From the NCBI GenBank assembly GCA_905178155.1, contig CAJINV010000004.1, positions 4,876,619 to 4,940,618 of the forward strand: a stretch of 64,000 nucleotides of DNA, in the 5' to 3' direction. Positions within the stretch are counted from its first letter, which is position 1, and each line of letters starts with the position of its first letter. The notes under the pieces are model-generated. The model was not told where the DNA came from. It ran no database searches and saw nothing but the letters and a program-made list of their open reading frames with translations. Position numbers and translations under genes: made by a program. This document shows, one piece after another, positions 35,797 to 48,110 of this stretch. Source of the stretch: Amoebophrya sp. A120. Taxonomy: Eukaryota; Protista; Dinoflagellata.

Positions 35797-38700
35797 CTTC
35801 TGGAGCAGGAGCAGTCAAACTAGGGGTGGTGCGTCGCGGACTATCTTGACTTGTAGCTGCTGATAATCCGCAACTTTCCGATTAAGGACCTCGACCTTCC
35901 CTGCTGGTGAGCCACGCCGGGTGCATGCGCCCAAGCTGTGCTTTCGATGCTGCTCCGGCAAAGGCTGTTGCAACAAAGAACACCACAGTTCGTTCTTTAG
36001 TTGCTGCTGCTCTCTCGGTGCGTGTAGTTCTATGACTTTCAAGTTGCCTAAGTATGCGAAAGTGTTCTAAGTGGCGCGACCCCGCCTACTGCTTCGCAAT
36101 GAAATTACATCCTGCTTCTCCTGGTCCTGGTAAACACAAATTTGGAGTTGTGGTCCGTTCATCCTGCGGGGCGATCTGACTCAGTTGTGGTGGTACAACA
36201 TTTCCCGCTCGAATCGGATGCCGACAAAGGTTTCCTCTCATTCTCGCGAAAAACACGCCCGGACCCGTCTTCTTTTGCAGGAGATAATAACTGAAAGCAA
36301 CCCTAGGCACTCCACTCCCTCTCGCTCCTCATGACGCTGCGTGCCAAATGCACACTTGGCCGAACTCCTTACAGTGTCCTCGCCCTGCGCTTCTTGCGCT
36401 TTTTCGGCGCCATTAAAAGTAATCTTTTTTTCATTTTGGTCTCTAGCCAGCATCACAAGAAACAAACTTGCAATGTCCACAGAGGGGCCTCCCTCACGAT
36501 GCCGACGAGGCCGAATCTTTCATAACCCGCGCGGCCTTTCTCTCTGCGTGCGGCGCGCCACGGAGGCAGAAACAGGACATGACACACACCGAATGGCGCG
36601 CCAGTCAGGAAACAAGCCAGCCTTCTCCGGACGGGGCGACGCCAGGGTATGAATGCGGCTACGGGAGAAGCACCCCCATCACGGGCAGGACGAGGCCCAT
36701 TTGCGGCGCGGGTCAACGAATGCGCTGGCGCCGCGCGCACTTTCCACTGAAGGCCACGGCGCTATGTATCTACCAACCGGGCTCGCTGGCGGGGCGGCCG
36801 GGGCCCCGCCCGTTTCCTAGCGCCGCCCATCCAAGTGTCGGCCGCCCGGCCGCGCCGCGCTTGGGCGCTGGCTGCGCCGCCCGACCGGCGCGCGGGGGTC
36901 ACATTGTGGGCCGGCGCCACGGCGGCCTAGCTGGCGGGGTGTGGAGGCGGCATCAAACGCAGACCGGCCGGGCCAAAAGTGCCGCCCGTCGCTCGGGGCC
37001 AGCCGACGGCAAAAAGCCCTGTGCTTCGAATTACCGCCAAGCTGGCGCCCGCGCCCCATGCCATGCCGCGCCATGCTGTGCGCCCCACGCCGCCCCCTTC
37101 TCGTAGGTGGGTGGCCGCCGCCCGGCGGCTGCGCAACTCTTGCCAGTGGTTTTCTATGCCTCGCACTCGCTCCTGCCGGTGGTTGCGTACCTCGCGCACG
37201 CTCTGCCCCGCCGACTCGCTGCGGGTCCCTGGCGCAACCAATGACGCGCGCGACCAGACACTGTGCGCGGAGGGCGTCCCAGGTCATGGGGCGGATACGG
37301 ATTGCCATCACGCTAGGAGTTTATCTAAAATGAAAATCTATTATCTTGCTGATACGCCCGGATGGAGAAACAAATGCAAAGAAACGGGGCGCGATGCCTC
37401 GATAAACACCAACCCCGACGCTGGGCTCTCACTCACTGACCGGACCAACCGCTTCTCCGTTTCTCTCATTCGGTCCCCTCCGTCGGCTACTCAGAGTCAA
37501 TACTCAACATAAATAAACCGACCGAAAGGAACTCGTCTCCACAAAATAAGCCTCGCTATCCACATCACGCACAGCCCTGTTAGCCTCGGCTTGCAATCAT
37601 GCGCCTCTTTTTGGCTGTCCTCACTTTCTCTCAACCACGAGTCGGCTTCCAGACTTTCGAGAGCAAGGCGATCATGCCTACAAGGGCGTAGCATTTCCTT
37701 TTCAGCGCACCAGCTCATGCCTTGCTTCCTACCTTCAGAAGCCCTACTTCCGGCGCACCAACAAGGCGCCCAATCCCACTTGTAGTTTGGAGGGCAGCAG
37801 CCGCACGGCACCACCAGGGGCGGCGGGCTGCGCTTCAAAGGCGGCCATACCGCCAACCATCCACCCAGTGGTCCGCCGGGAGGCCCAGCAGGGCTGGGAC
37901 TGCTGCCGTGCGGCGCCGGCCGTCCGACCGAGGTTGCCCGAGGCCGAGACGGCCCCCTCGCTCGGCTCCCGCTGCGTGCGCAGGCCTCCCGGCGGCGAAA
38001 CACGGAGACCGCGCGCCCGCTCCTAGCTCCCCTGCGCTGCTTCCCGGCAAAGCGTTCCGCGGAGGCGTGCGCGCGACCGCAACACGCGGGGGCGTGGCCA
38101 TGATAATGCATGGCGGGGCCACTCTATTGGCCCAGCGGCGCTGCGAGACGGCCGGAGCCAGTGCGCGGCCCGGCCGGCAGGCCAATCCTAGGCCTAGCAC
38201 AGCACTAGGGGGGCGCGTCTCGGGCGGAAAGCCTTCGGGCGGAGCCCAGGGGCCCGCGCCCTTGCAGAAAAGGGAAGCAAGGCGGTCGAGGCGGCGGCGG
38301 GGCTGTCGCGCGGGTGGTTAATTTATAAAAACCGTATACGGGGGCGCCTTATAAAAACCGCATACCGATAACGGGGGCGCCTCTCGGGGTCGGCGCGAAT
38401 GCCGCAGGCCGCGCATTCTCACAAGGCGACGGCGCGGGTGTCCTTCTCGCCGTGGTCGTGCTCGTAGGGAATGCCGCGCGCGCCCAGCATAGAAGTTGAA
38501 GCGGTCGAGCCGCCGCCGGTACTGCACGGCTTTCCACTTTTGCGGCCAACACGTCGCTGCGCCGCCACGATGATACAAGGAGCAAGAAGAGGACCCATTG
38601 GTCGCTACCTCTCTGCCACGCCAGCAGTTTCGCTGGCATGGACACTTTTTGGATCGGTCGAAAGTATCAACGTCCCTAGTAGGCATAGGCATTCGTATTC

Positions 38701-39624
38701 ACGGAGAAGCAAATACTCCGAAGAGGACACGACCATGCGGAACAAACGTGAAACAGGTAAAGAGAAGCTGCGTTGTACGTAATAACCCATCAACAATTAA
38801 TATTGCGATTGCCGCAAGACTCTTGCGCGGCGCTTGCTCGTCTCTCCTCGCAATCGCGCTCAACAAGGATGAAACACTGTGTTTTGATGTTGTAGACTCA
38901 ATAATCAAAAACGCCCTCGTCACCATCGGGTGCGACCAATGGCCGTGGTTGTCAAATCTTGATGAGGCACCGATGCAAAAAAACAAAATCACGAGGAGGA
39001 TGCGCTACTTACCATAATTAGTGGTCATGGTGCACGCTGCTTTCCTCTCTTGCCTGCAACGAGGTGGCTTCTCGATCACAGTTTCATTGTTTGCTGCAAT
39101 AACAATAGCACGCGTGGTATGTGTATGACCACCAATAGACGAGGGCTCGTCTGCCGTCTAAGTGAAGGCGCACCCCACGACATCCATCCGCTGTGCAGTT
39201 GCAACGAAGCAATACCGTGCACAACCACTGGGCCGAGTTTCTCGCAGCCAACATTTCAACGGGCAGCTACATAATCTCAGCTTGAGCTTTTTTTTTGACT
39301 TCATATGTTTCATTTTTTTTTATGTGTTCATCCTTCCAGCGAGTGCGAGAGTTGATGAATATGATATCAAAGTGCTACGAAAATCAGTTGTCATAAATTG
39401 TAATTTGACCAGCATACTCCTAATCATACACGAAAGATCTTCTATCCTCACGAAGATCGTATAAAACCAATTGCAATTGCGTTTCTGTTCGTTTTTGGTT
39501 GCTACATCCATGAAAATAAAAATTGTATTCATTATCATTATTGCGATACGAGTATTGTACATGAGCCCCGTCTAGTACTCCAGCTGCTTTAAACGTATAC
39601 GAATTTATTGAATTCCTTCAACCT

Positions 39625-41819
39625 TCACTCCATCCACGTCCACTCCCCACTCAGTTCGAGCTGCAGCCCTTGCACCTCCGCTATGGGGTACTCAAATGTT
39701 ACATTCTCAACTGTTACGCAATCTGTAATACATGAATGGCAAAAGTGAAATGCAAATGGGGGACCTTGCGCGTCTTGCATGACAGATTTGGCAAAGAGTA
39801 TCAGCCTGCTTAGTCCTCTGGGAATTTGTCATGCTAGGCAGCTTGATCGCAATCGCATCGATTCTGATTGTGATTTTGCATGGCAAAGCATGCAACAGTT
39901 GAGAATGTAACAGTTGAGAACGCCATATCTGCGGAGATGCTCAGGGTTGCGGCGTGAAACGTGTCAAAGGTCCGCTGCACGTTGTTGTACTTCTTTTCGG
40001 TCTATGCATCACAAAAGTATCTTCGCACTTGTACTTCATGCATAACAAACCTGGTTCCCCAAATTAGTTTAGCATCACAAACTCCGTTTCAGTTTCTCTT
40101 ACTGGGGAGGTATTCTACCACGCAATTGCTACTAGCGCGATAGTACTTTCGCACAGGATACGATCAAGTCGTCGACAAAACTTCGCACTTCTTCGTCCGC
40201 GACTAGCCTGGCCTGCGACTCGTAAAAGTCCTCCAGGTATCAAGTGCAAACATGTGTAACTCTGAGTCTCAAAACCTCGAATGTGAAATTTGGGCATGAT
40301 GTTGGCTGGAACAACTGTAAGTGTGGCATGTGCAGCAGCAGCCAAGCATCATGACAAGCTTTCAGGCCAATTTCTGCTGCACACTGCGCATTTTTACAGC
40401 TTGCGTTTTCTTTTGCACGGCGAAGCACGCTCCTGCGCTTTTATCGTTGTTCATCAAGCAGTTCAGAATCAGACCTTGCAGAACTGCCAGACAACCAGCA
40501 TGTCAAGCTCCAGTTTCCCAGACTACCTGGCCATCATGTTTGCACTCCATACTTGATCCTCCGACCCGGGACTCGTTCCGTACGTGCCAACCCCGGCGAG
40601 GCCAAACAGATGGTGGCTATGCAATGCAAAAGTATCGTACTAGCATTGCATTACAAATTCCCGCAGCATTACAAATTGAGTTTGTAATGGTGATTTACGT
40701 TGAAAAAGATATTTGTAATGCATAAACGCAATTACTACGAGTGCGATACTTTTGCACAGGATAGTGGCTCTCCCCCGGCGAGTTGTTCAACATCCCACCG
40801 TACTGCAGCAGCGGCGACCCCTTCAGCAACGGTGATTGTTTCAGCAACTTCGTGGTGCCGCTGTTCGGATGGTTGCTGCGCTGCTGTTTCAGGTACTGTT
40901 GCGCTTTCACCGCCCGCGCCTGGATCCGTTCCGGGATGGAGGCGGTTTGAAATTCCTGGTTCGTGTTCAGCGCCGCCTTCCGCCGCAAGTCCTGGGACCG
41001 CTTGCGACTGGGGCTCGGGCTCTGGTGCTGACCACCGATCATGGTGCCAAGAAATTTCGCGGTCGGGCTCGGACTCTGCTCCGCCAGCTCTAGCTGCACG
41101 CCGCAGTAACTCGACTGGTCCCGCTCGACGAGACTCGGGTCTTGCGCCAACAAAATCTGCTCCGCCGGCGTCAAATGTTGATCTTGCTTCGGATTTTTAC
41201 CGTGCTTTCCCTTGCCCTTGTTCAATGCAGTTGTAGAACTAGAACTAGTACTCGCTCCACTGTGCAGCGCCGCCCTTGCAGCTGCTGACGAGCCGTGGTT
41301 CCGCGTGCTTGTCGGATTCGCGCCCGGCTTTTGGTTGTGCACAAAGGCGGACTCCAGATCGGACTGCATCTTCCGAAATTCCTTGTACATTTTCCCGAGG
41401 CTGCGGTCCGGATCGACTTGTCTGGACGAGCTGCTTTTTGATGTACCCTTCGCACTCTGCAGCAAAGAAAGCTTCAGCGACGCGTTCTGTGGCTGGTTAC
41501 CGACAGCACTCCCAGCCGCTGCAGAAGTAGAAGTTGCTCCTCGGGTCGCGAGGAAGTTGCTGGCAGCAGTACTCGAGGATGATGATTTTCCTCCATTTGT
41601 ACTAGACGAAGCGTTACTCAACCCCGTTGCGGAACGCAAAATCGACTTCGTTCCTGGTTTAATACCATCGGGCTGCTGCAACGTGGAGCTTTGTCCACCG
41701 CTTTCCTCACCGGACGTGACGGACTGCTCGTGGGCATGAATCCCCTCCCGGTTGTAGTTGAACAACTCTTGATGAAAGTTGCTGAGTTCCTGGTCAAATC
41801 CTGTGCAAAAGCATCGCAC
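39625..41819 (-). CDS. Hypothetical protein (3' part) interrupted by four TA-TIR elements
   Basis: Sequential removal of element + 5 nt gives one frame: ...PGESH-HLFGL...PGSED-LEDFYESQARL...DDLI-EKKYNNVQRTF...ISA-EVQGLQLEL. Confidence 0.65.
39682..39927. mobile_element. TA-TIR intron element family F (246 bp)
   Basis: TIR built of TTCTCAACTGTTACA units; TSD TCCGC/TCTGC; same ends as 59127-59383. Confidence 0.88.
40003..40160. mobile_element. TA-TIR intron element, diverged family B (158 bp)
   Basis: TATGCATCACAAAAGTAT ... TACTTTCGCACAGGATA; TSD CGGTC/CGATC; frame restored. Confidence 0.8.
40238..40551. mobile_element. TA-TIR intron element, family D-like (314 bp)
   Basis: TATCAAGTGCAAACATG vs rc TATGGAGTGCAAACATG; flanks CCAGG/CTTGA decayed, but the +5 rule restores the frame. 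Confidence 0.75.
40618..40763. mobile_element. TA-TIR intron element family B (146 bp)
   Basis: TSD GTGGC; TATGCAATGCAAAAGTATCGTACTAG ... CGAGTGCGATACTTTTGCACAGGATA; close relative of 61310-61459. Confidence 0.92.
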
Positions 41820-41972
41820 TAAGCGTGTAAAGGTAAACGCTGTTCCTGGATCGATGCCAGCTCTGCTGCTTTTTATTTTTTCACTAGCTTAATCTGCACC
41901 ACAAATTTCATAAGCAAAATTCCTCATCCGAGCATTATTCCAGTACACTTACACGATCTACCATGCAGCTTG

Positions 41973-44900
41973 TTAAGCTTTTGCCATGCATAGATCAGGT
42001 GACACGATGAACGAGGTCCCGCCGGTCCCGGTCTCGCTTATGGATGTGTCAGAGTTGAAATCGACAAATCGACAAAGTTGAAATGATTTGTCATGCTAAA
42101 CCGACCGAAACCACAACACAACCTGTAAGGGCACCTCACCGCAGATGGTTCGGCCACCAGGTCGTGGAGTCAGGCGGACCGAAGCCATCACCATCATCCT
42201 CGGGCACATGATCCCACTTACGCCAACTTTTCCTTACTTTCGCACACAGTCCTCACTTCGCCAACATGCGTTTAGCGTTCGCCAACGATCCTTACTTTGC
42301 GCCAACAAACCATACTTTTCGCCAACAAGTCCAACTTTTCGCCCACTGAGTACGTTTAACGTTCGCCAACGATCCTTACATTGCGCCAACGGATGCGTTT
42401 ATTGTTCGCCAACAAACCTTACTTTTCGCCAACAAACCAACTTATTGCCAACAGAGTACGTTTAACGTTCGCCAACGTACCAACTCATTGCGCTCACGGA
42501 CTGTGCAGGAGCCTACCAGGCAAACTGCTATAAGGAAGCAGCAGCCTGCAGCTGACTCCATGCATACGAAAATTTGCTATTCGGAACCCAACGGCCACCG
42601 CAGGCACAAATACAGTCTGCGATGAGGTTTAGAAAGGTCCGGTAAAATTAGGAGGTGCAGGTCCGGGTTAATGCACCTAACGCCGCGCAGTCAGGTGTCG
42701 CCAGAGAGTATAATCGCCGCAGATATGCTGGGGCTCGGGGCACCAGGAAAAGTTTTGACAGATGAGAGCGGGCCGAGAGAACTGGCAGCCTCAACGGCCT
42801 TTGACGCATTGTATCAGTGTCATGACCAACACAAAATCACAGCAGGACCGCAGAATACAAACGATGCAAAGGCCAGACGCCCCGAGGGCGATAAAGAGGA
42901 AAAGGCGGTCCCGCCAACAAAGGCAAAATATCAGGGACAGCCGAGGCGCTACTACCACCTGTCTCAGTTCATCTGTCAATTGGTAGTTACATAGTGGTGC
43001 CCGCGCGCGTGTAGCCGCAGGTGGCTGAAGGCTCTTGCGCGGATGAATGCAAGCACGAGGACGTCGTGCAGAGAGCAGGGCGCCGCTGAGGCCGGGACGT
43101 AATTGTAGAGAGAGATGCCGCTCTAAGCACAGCGCGTCGTTCTCAGCGGTCGGGTGCCGCGGGTTATCGCACTCGCCATAGCGCCGAGACGTTGACGACC
43201 ATCTGCTAAACGTCGATGGTGTGGTGATGAGACGGGGTTGGAGGCGTGGACAGTCCCCGACTGGCTACGGATCGAGGATGAGCACCATGACGACAGGGAC
43301 AGCGAGCCTCTGCGAGAGTTCGCAGAGATCGGATCGAGTCGAGTGAGTGGGCGCTCCGTCAGGACCGCTCTGTCACGAGATTGACAAAACCTGCGGCACG
43401 CCCCCCCCCGAAGGGCAGGGTTAAGAACCTTCGCCGTGCTTGCCCTGGATCGATCCGCCGGTAGCTGCAGACCCTAGTCCCGGATTATAGCGACGCCCAT
43501 CTTGGACTTTATCTCGTTTGTTTTTGCCCGGGGTGACCAAGCGCTCCGAAAACGAAAGATCGATAGCGAGATGCGAGTTTACGTATGAGCGTGCTGCACC
43601 GGATTGCCGTAGATCTGGATCGAGAAGGAGCTACCGAGTCAAGGACGGAGAGTCGAGCACTCCGAAAACGAGAAACCGAAAATGAGATACGAGCTTTTCT
43701 TTCACGTGAGCGCTCTGCGCAGGCTGTGCTAGTAGGTCAAGATCGAGAAGGACCCACCGCGTCAAGACCGAAGAGTCGAGCTTTCCGAAAAACAAACGAC
43801 CGACGTCGGGCACTCCGGAGACACAGGAGTGCCGTAGATCAGGTTCGAGAAAGAAGTACCGAGAAACCGCAAGCGAGGTCCGAGTTTGTCATGCATGTGA
43901 GCGCTCTGCGCTGAGCTTCCTGCGCGGGACTGCCGAGGATCAAAAACAGTTTGGAACTTCGAGAACTTTTTGAGTCAGAGTGCTAAACCCGCCGCGCTGT
44001 CCACGCGATTATGCCGAAGTCTCCTGTCGAAAAGCGCCAAAGTTACCGACTTCGCTCGGCGGGTTAAGGACAGCATTTGCCACACAGGTCGCAGCCATAC
44101 AGCGTCCTTGCATAAAATGCGATGCAAAAAGTGACTCCATTGCAAAGGACGCAAGGGAGGCAGATTATAGTCCTGGTAAGGGTCAAAAGTTGGACTGCTG
44201 ACTAGCATGACAGAAGGCAGCTCTTTTGCCCTAAACCGCATGACAGACTCGCTTCCAGGACCGGGAAAATTTGTCATGCACCGACTACAAACTGCAGGTC
44301 TAACTGGCATGGGCATCCATTTTATGCATGACAAATTATTTCAACTTTGTCGATTTCAAACCTGACACTCCCATATCGCTTTCCTCCAGCTGAATGCGCA
44401 CCGTCTTCTTTTTACTAGCGGAAGCGCCACCGTTTTGCTCCAGCAGCTGGATTGGTGACAATGGTTGGTCTTTAGAGGAAGTTGTTGGAGAGCCAGTTGA
44501 TTTTCTCGCCATCCAGCTATTGCGCTGCTGCTGCAGGATGGCCTGCAGAACCTGCTCCGCCTCCTCTTGGCGGCGTAGCGAGTCGGGACTCAACTCCGGA
44601 TCGCTGTCAATTGGGATCGCTGCTGTGCCGGCGGTATTGGTCGGATCTGGTGGAGGTTGGAGTTCAAATTTGTCACTTCTACTCCTCTTGTTCATTACAA
44701 ACATACGAAAGATGGCAATGCGATCTTTTATGATGCTGAAAACACTAAACGTAAATCTGAAGCTGCCCACCGACGACGTCCTAGGTGCTGTGCTCGATGA
44801 AAGAACAAACAATACCCGTGGCTCCTGGATAAAAACTCCCCTTCTGTTTCTCCCGTTCCCGTTCCAGGAGTCGCGTCTGCTCCAGGTTGCGCAGGTGCAT

Positions 44901-45266
44901 CGTCAGCTGCAATTTGATTTCGTGCAGGAAGCATTCCAGCTCCCGGTCCCGGTCGTACCACCAGCTGTTAAGCTTCTCCAGCAGCGAGTTCAGCTTGGTC
45001 ACGGGGTTTATTATCGTTGTCGATGGTGTTGAGGAAGTGACGGAGGATCCTGCCAAGCTTCCAGCTTTGAAATACGGGACGAGCCAATGCGGAAGTTGCG
45101 AGGACTTGTCCTTGGTCCGGCAGATCTTGTCGTAGTTGCGGTACAGCCAGTTCCACCCCATGCGGACCTGCTTCTCACTGTGCTTGTAGAGGACAAATTG
45201 GTACACAAAGTTCGGTAGAACCTGAAATTTTAGACTCAGGAGAAGTTCTCTACACCTAAAAACCAT
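41973..45266 (-). CDS. Hypothetical protein (5' part), spanning the 2.3-kb element; may be the same gene as 39625-41819
   Basis: ORFs 45266-44781 and 44812-44376. Element removal gives IQLEES-ETGTGGTSFIVSP. Confidence 0.45.
42220..42483. repeat. CGCCAAC-based tandem repeat inside the long element
   Basis: More than 10 CGCCAAC cores; higher-order unit GTTTA(A/G)CGTTCGCCAACG at ~42270, ~42354 and ~42460. Confidence 0.85.
43540..43960. repeat. Degenerate direct repeats inside the long element
   Basis: Recurring GCCGTAGATC, GATCGAGAAGGA, CGAGAAACCG, GTGAGCGCTCTGCGC and AGTCGAGC blocks. Confidence 0.6.
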
Positions 45267-45588
45267 TATACAAATAAACGTTTCCGGGTTTTGTTCAATT
45301 TTACAAATCAGCGCCCTAATCTACGAGCGAAATCAAATAAACAATCAACCGAGTCAGGCGATGCCTTTTCAGACGAACAAAACCTCAGCGATGCCTCGGA
45401 ATACCCGCCGAAGTATCGCAGATTGATTTTGCAGGAGCTCGCTGGCCTTTCAACAGACAAAACTTGTCTGGCAAGAAATCGGGCAGCTTCTTCGGTTCAT
45501 GGGGCTCGCTTTTTTGTAAAATTCAGACTTAGGATGACAATTTTGGATCCTCTCAGACCCAGACACTTTCGCCTTGATGCTGGTACAC

Positions 45589-45649
45589 GAGAGCCGGAGT
45601 CTAGCTCCTTTTCGAATTCAATTCGCAAAGGAGCTAGACTCCGACTCTC
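45589..45649. repeat. Near-perfect hairpin (30-bp arms, 1-nt loop)
   Basis: GAGAGCCGGAGTCTAGCTCCTTTTCGAATT-C-AATTCGCAAAGGAGCTAGACTCCGACTCTC. Confidence 0.85.
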
Positions 45650-45699
45650 CCAGGTTTTTGGGATTTTCGTGTCATCACATTTCGGCCAAAATGACCGCT

Positions 45700-45890
45700 T
45701 CCGGGTTTGCGCCGGATTTGTCCCGGGTTTGCAAATATTTTGTAAATATTTTGCAAACATTTTGCTATTTCCTGACAGCTAGCGCCGACCTGTAATGGTC
45801 GATATCTTAGCGCCGAAAAAGCACCCGAAAAAGTCGGGCGCTTTGCAAAATATTTGCAAAATATTTTGCAAATCCGAAGCAAACCCGGGA
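45700..45890. repeat. Inverted-repeat block of TTTGCAAAATA-type units
   Basis: TCCCGGGTTTGCAAATATTTTGTAAATATTTTGCAAA ... TTTGCAAAATATTTGCAAAATATTTTGCAAATCCGAAGCAAACCCGGGA. Confidence 0.7.
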
Positions 45891-46204
45891 GCGATCTTGC
45901 GTTCGCTTTCTCGCTCCTCTGTAGCATTCACGCAAAGAATTGGCTTCTATAAATCTGAGCTGTGGAAAGCGCGCAGCACCATCGTGAAACATTTTCAACG
46001 ATGTGCGTTCCACGGGCGCACTGGCACTACGCAGTCGACCTTACTAGTGGTTTGCTGTGGAGGTAGATTCTAAATGAGGACGAGATAGAGCAGAGAAGGG
46101 CGGTCGCTGATGGAGACCCCACCTAACACAAGGGGGATGAAAAGAGGCAGGAAAAGTAGGCCCCCATGGGAAAAAGGTTCCCCCATGCAGTGCAGGAAGG
46201 GCAC

Positions 46205-47458
46205 CTATACTAAGGGGTGCTGAAAAGCATACCTCCTAAGGGCTGTTTTGTGGTGCTTGTGTTTTCTTTCACTTTGTAAAACTGCACAAAACCCGGAAAT
46301 ACAAAGATGCATAATGGTTTTTATAAACGTCCTGAAAACACGACGCAAGAACTTCAAGTTCTTGCGTCGTGTTCTTCTTGGCCATTTATTTTGTACTTGC
46401 TTCATTATCGCCAACAGCATGCATCTTTCTCGTTCTCCTTCTCCATGTAGAACAGTGGATCTTCTAGCTATCAAAAACAATAACAAATTAAATTCTTCTA
46501 CCTCTTCAGAGTGCAGCGTGAATTTCCTTCCCATCGGCAGGTCCTTGATTTGTTCTTGGAGCAACGCTTTTTTGATTTTCTCCGGTAAGTAGGAGAAGAA
46601 GCAGAGCTTGTCCAAAAAATGCGCACAGTGTCGTGGAATCAAATGGTCGTCTGCGCTTTTCGTGGAGGAAGCCATGGGGGACGCGAGGGGAATGGGTTCC
46701 GTACTAGCTAAACCATCTTCATTGCCATCAGCGAGACTGAGATCATCCGGACCTGTAGCACCATCTTCTGTTGCCGCTGCAGCTCTTGATGCTGTGGGAG
46801 CACAAGCAGGGTTCTTGTTCCGTTCCTCCGGTACAACGACCTCAACATCGTCGTTGGCGGATCCGAGCAGTTGTGCCATGATGTCCGCGTCGGAGAGAAA
46901 GTAGAAGTTGCTCTGACTCCGCCGTGCCACTTGGTCGGTGCCGGCGCCTGGGGACTCCTGGTCGTCGACAACTTCTTCAGCGGTATTCTTGCTGATTTTT
47001 CCGTCATCCTCTGCGCCAGCGTCGCCCTGTTCTTGTTGTATACCAACATGACCTCCCGTAGAAGAAGTTATGCCGGTCACTATTGATGCGTTCTCTTTCT
47101 CCTCGTCCGCCGCTGTCAAAGCGTGCATGGCGTCCACGCGCTCTGTTATTCGGTCGAACACCGCACGGATTTTTGGCACCGGATCCCCCTGAAAACCCGT
47201 GGAGGACGCGGACGATTTGCTAGGGCCGCTTGCTCCTGCATTTTTAGCACCATTTCTCTCCTTCTGCTGGTGCTCAAAGCCGGTCGACGCTGTCGTGGGC
47301 GACGTTGCAGCTGGAGCTCCGCCACCACGTGCTGCAACGGCGAGTGCACTGTCGGGGGTCTCGCCTGCTGTGGCGGCTGCTTCAGTCTTCGTGCCTATTT
47401 CGCCCTCGGCACGCTGGAACCGCTCCTCTTCATCCTCAAGCTTGAGCAGGAAATCCAT
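46205..47458 (-). CDS. Hypothetical protein
   Basis: 417-aa ORF; acidic disordered N-half and helical C-half. Confidence 0.5.
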   Translation of the reverse strand: MDFLLKLEDEEERFQRAEGEIGTKTEAAATAGETPDSALAVAARGGGAPAATSPTTASTGFEHQQKERNGAKNAGASGPSKSSASSTGFQGDPVPKIRAVFDRITERVDAMHALTAADEEKENASIVTGITSSTGGHVGIQQEQGDAGAEDDGKISKNTAEEVVDDQESPGAGTDQVARRSQSNFYFLSDADIMAQLLGSANDDVEVVVPEERNKNPACAPTASRAAAATEDGATGPDDLSLADGNEDGLASTEPIPLASPMASSTKSADDHLIPRHCAHFLDKLCFFSYLPEKIKKALLQEQIKDLPMGRKFTLHSEEVEEFNLLLFLIARRSTVLHGEGERERCMLLAIMKQVQNKWPRRTRRKNLKFLRRVFRTFIKTIMHLCISGFCAVLQSERKHKHHKTALRRYAFQHPLV

Positions 47459-48110
47459 TTTGATGTCTACTTTGCAACTTACGGAATTTCCATTTCGTTT
47501 TTCTCGCCCACCAGACTATTTGAAACCCAATGGAGAATCGATCTCCCGGCTCCATTCAACCAATAACTCACACAGATACGGAACTAAATTTTCCACGTCA
47601 GATATTGATGCTGACAACGACTTAGGACACTGAGCTGTCAATTACCTCCTCTGCTTCTCTGTGCTGCTGCTGCTTCTTCTAGATTTGCAAAAGTAGGACA
47701 ACAATCGCACCCTCCTAATACTGTAAAGTGGCGTCTTCGCTCTTCTACTTGTTCTAGCGGGCGCTTACAGCTGCGTTTGCTCTCGTTTTTGTTTTCTTGC
47801 ACAGCGTGCTCCCCACGCAACTCAATCTCAAACTGTACTAGGCCGCCCGCCGCCGCATTTCAACGCGCCGCCGCCTTGCGGCAGCATCTCTGCCCCCTGT
47901 TCGTTCCTACGCGTTGCTGATATGCTGCTAGGCGGCTCGTGAAGGGTCTCACGACGCTAGATTCGTCCGTATCAAAATTTCCTGGCGTGACCACATCCTT
48001 CTGCGCGCATGATGCAGATGGATCTATGATAACGATAAGTTGGTTGTAATTTCTGGTGTTTCTCCACCGACGAAAATGAAACGCGAACGATTTCATCACA
48101 AACTCATGCT

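Larger units (their letters stand above)
42039..44375. mobile_element. Long (2337 bp) family C TA-TIR element
   Basis: Perfect TSD TCGCT; ~50-bp TIR (TATGGATGTGTCAGAGTTGAAATCGACAAA...TTTGTCATGC). 44113-44375 aligns by eye with the 314-bp family C copies; ~2 kb of extra interior. Confidence 0.9.

Noticed and set aside
42671-42994. Transposase ORF inside the long element
   Set aside because: 107 aa with no DDE, zinc-finger or RT motif recognised.
45266-45580. Additional family D element
   Set aside because: Only the right end is recognisable, it lacks the terminal TA, there is no TSD and frame restoration cannot be tested.
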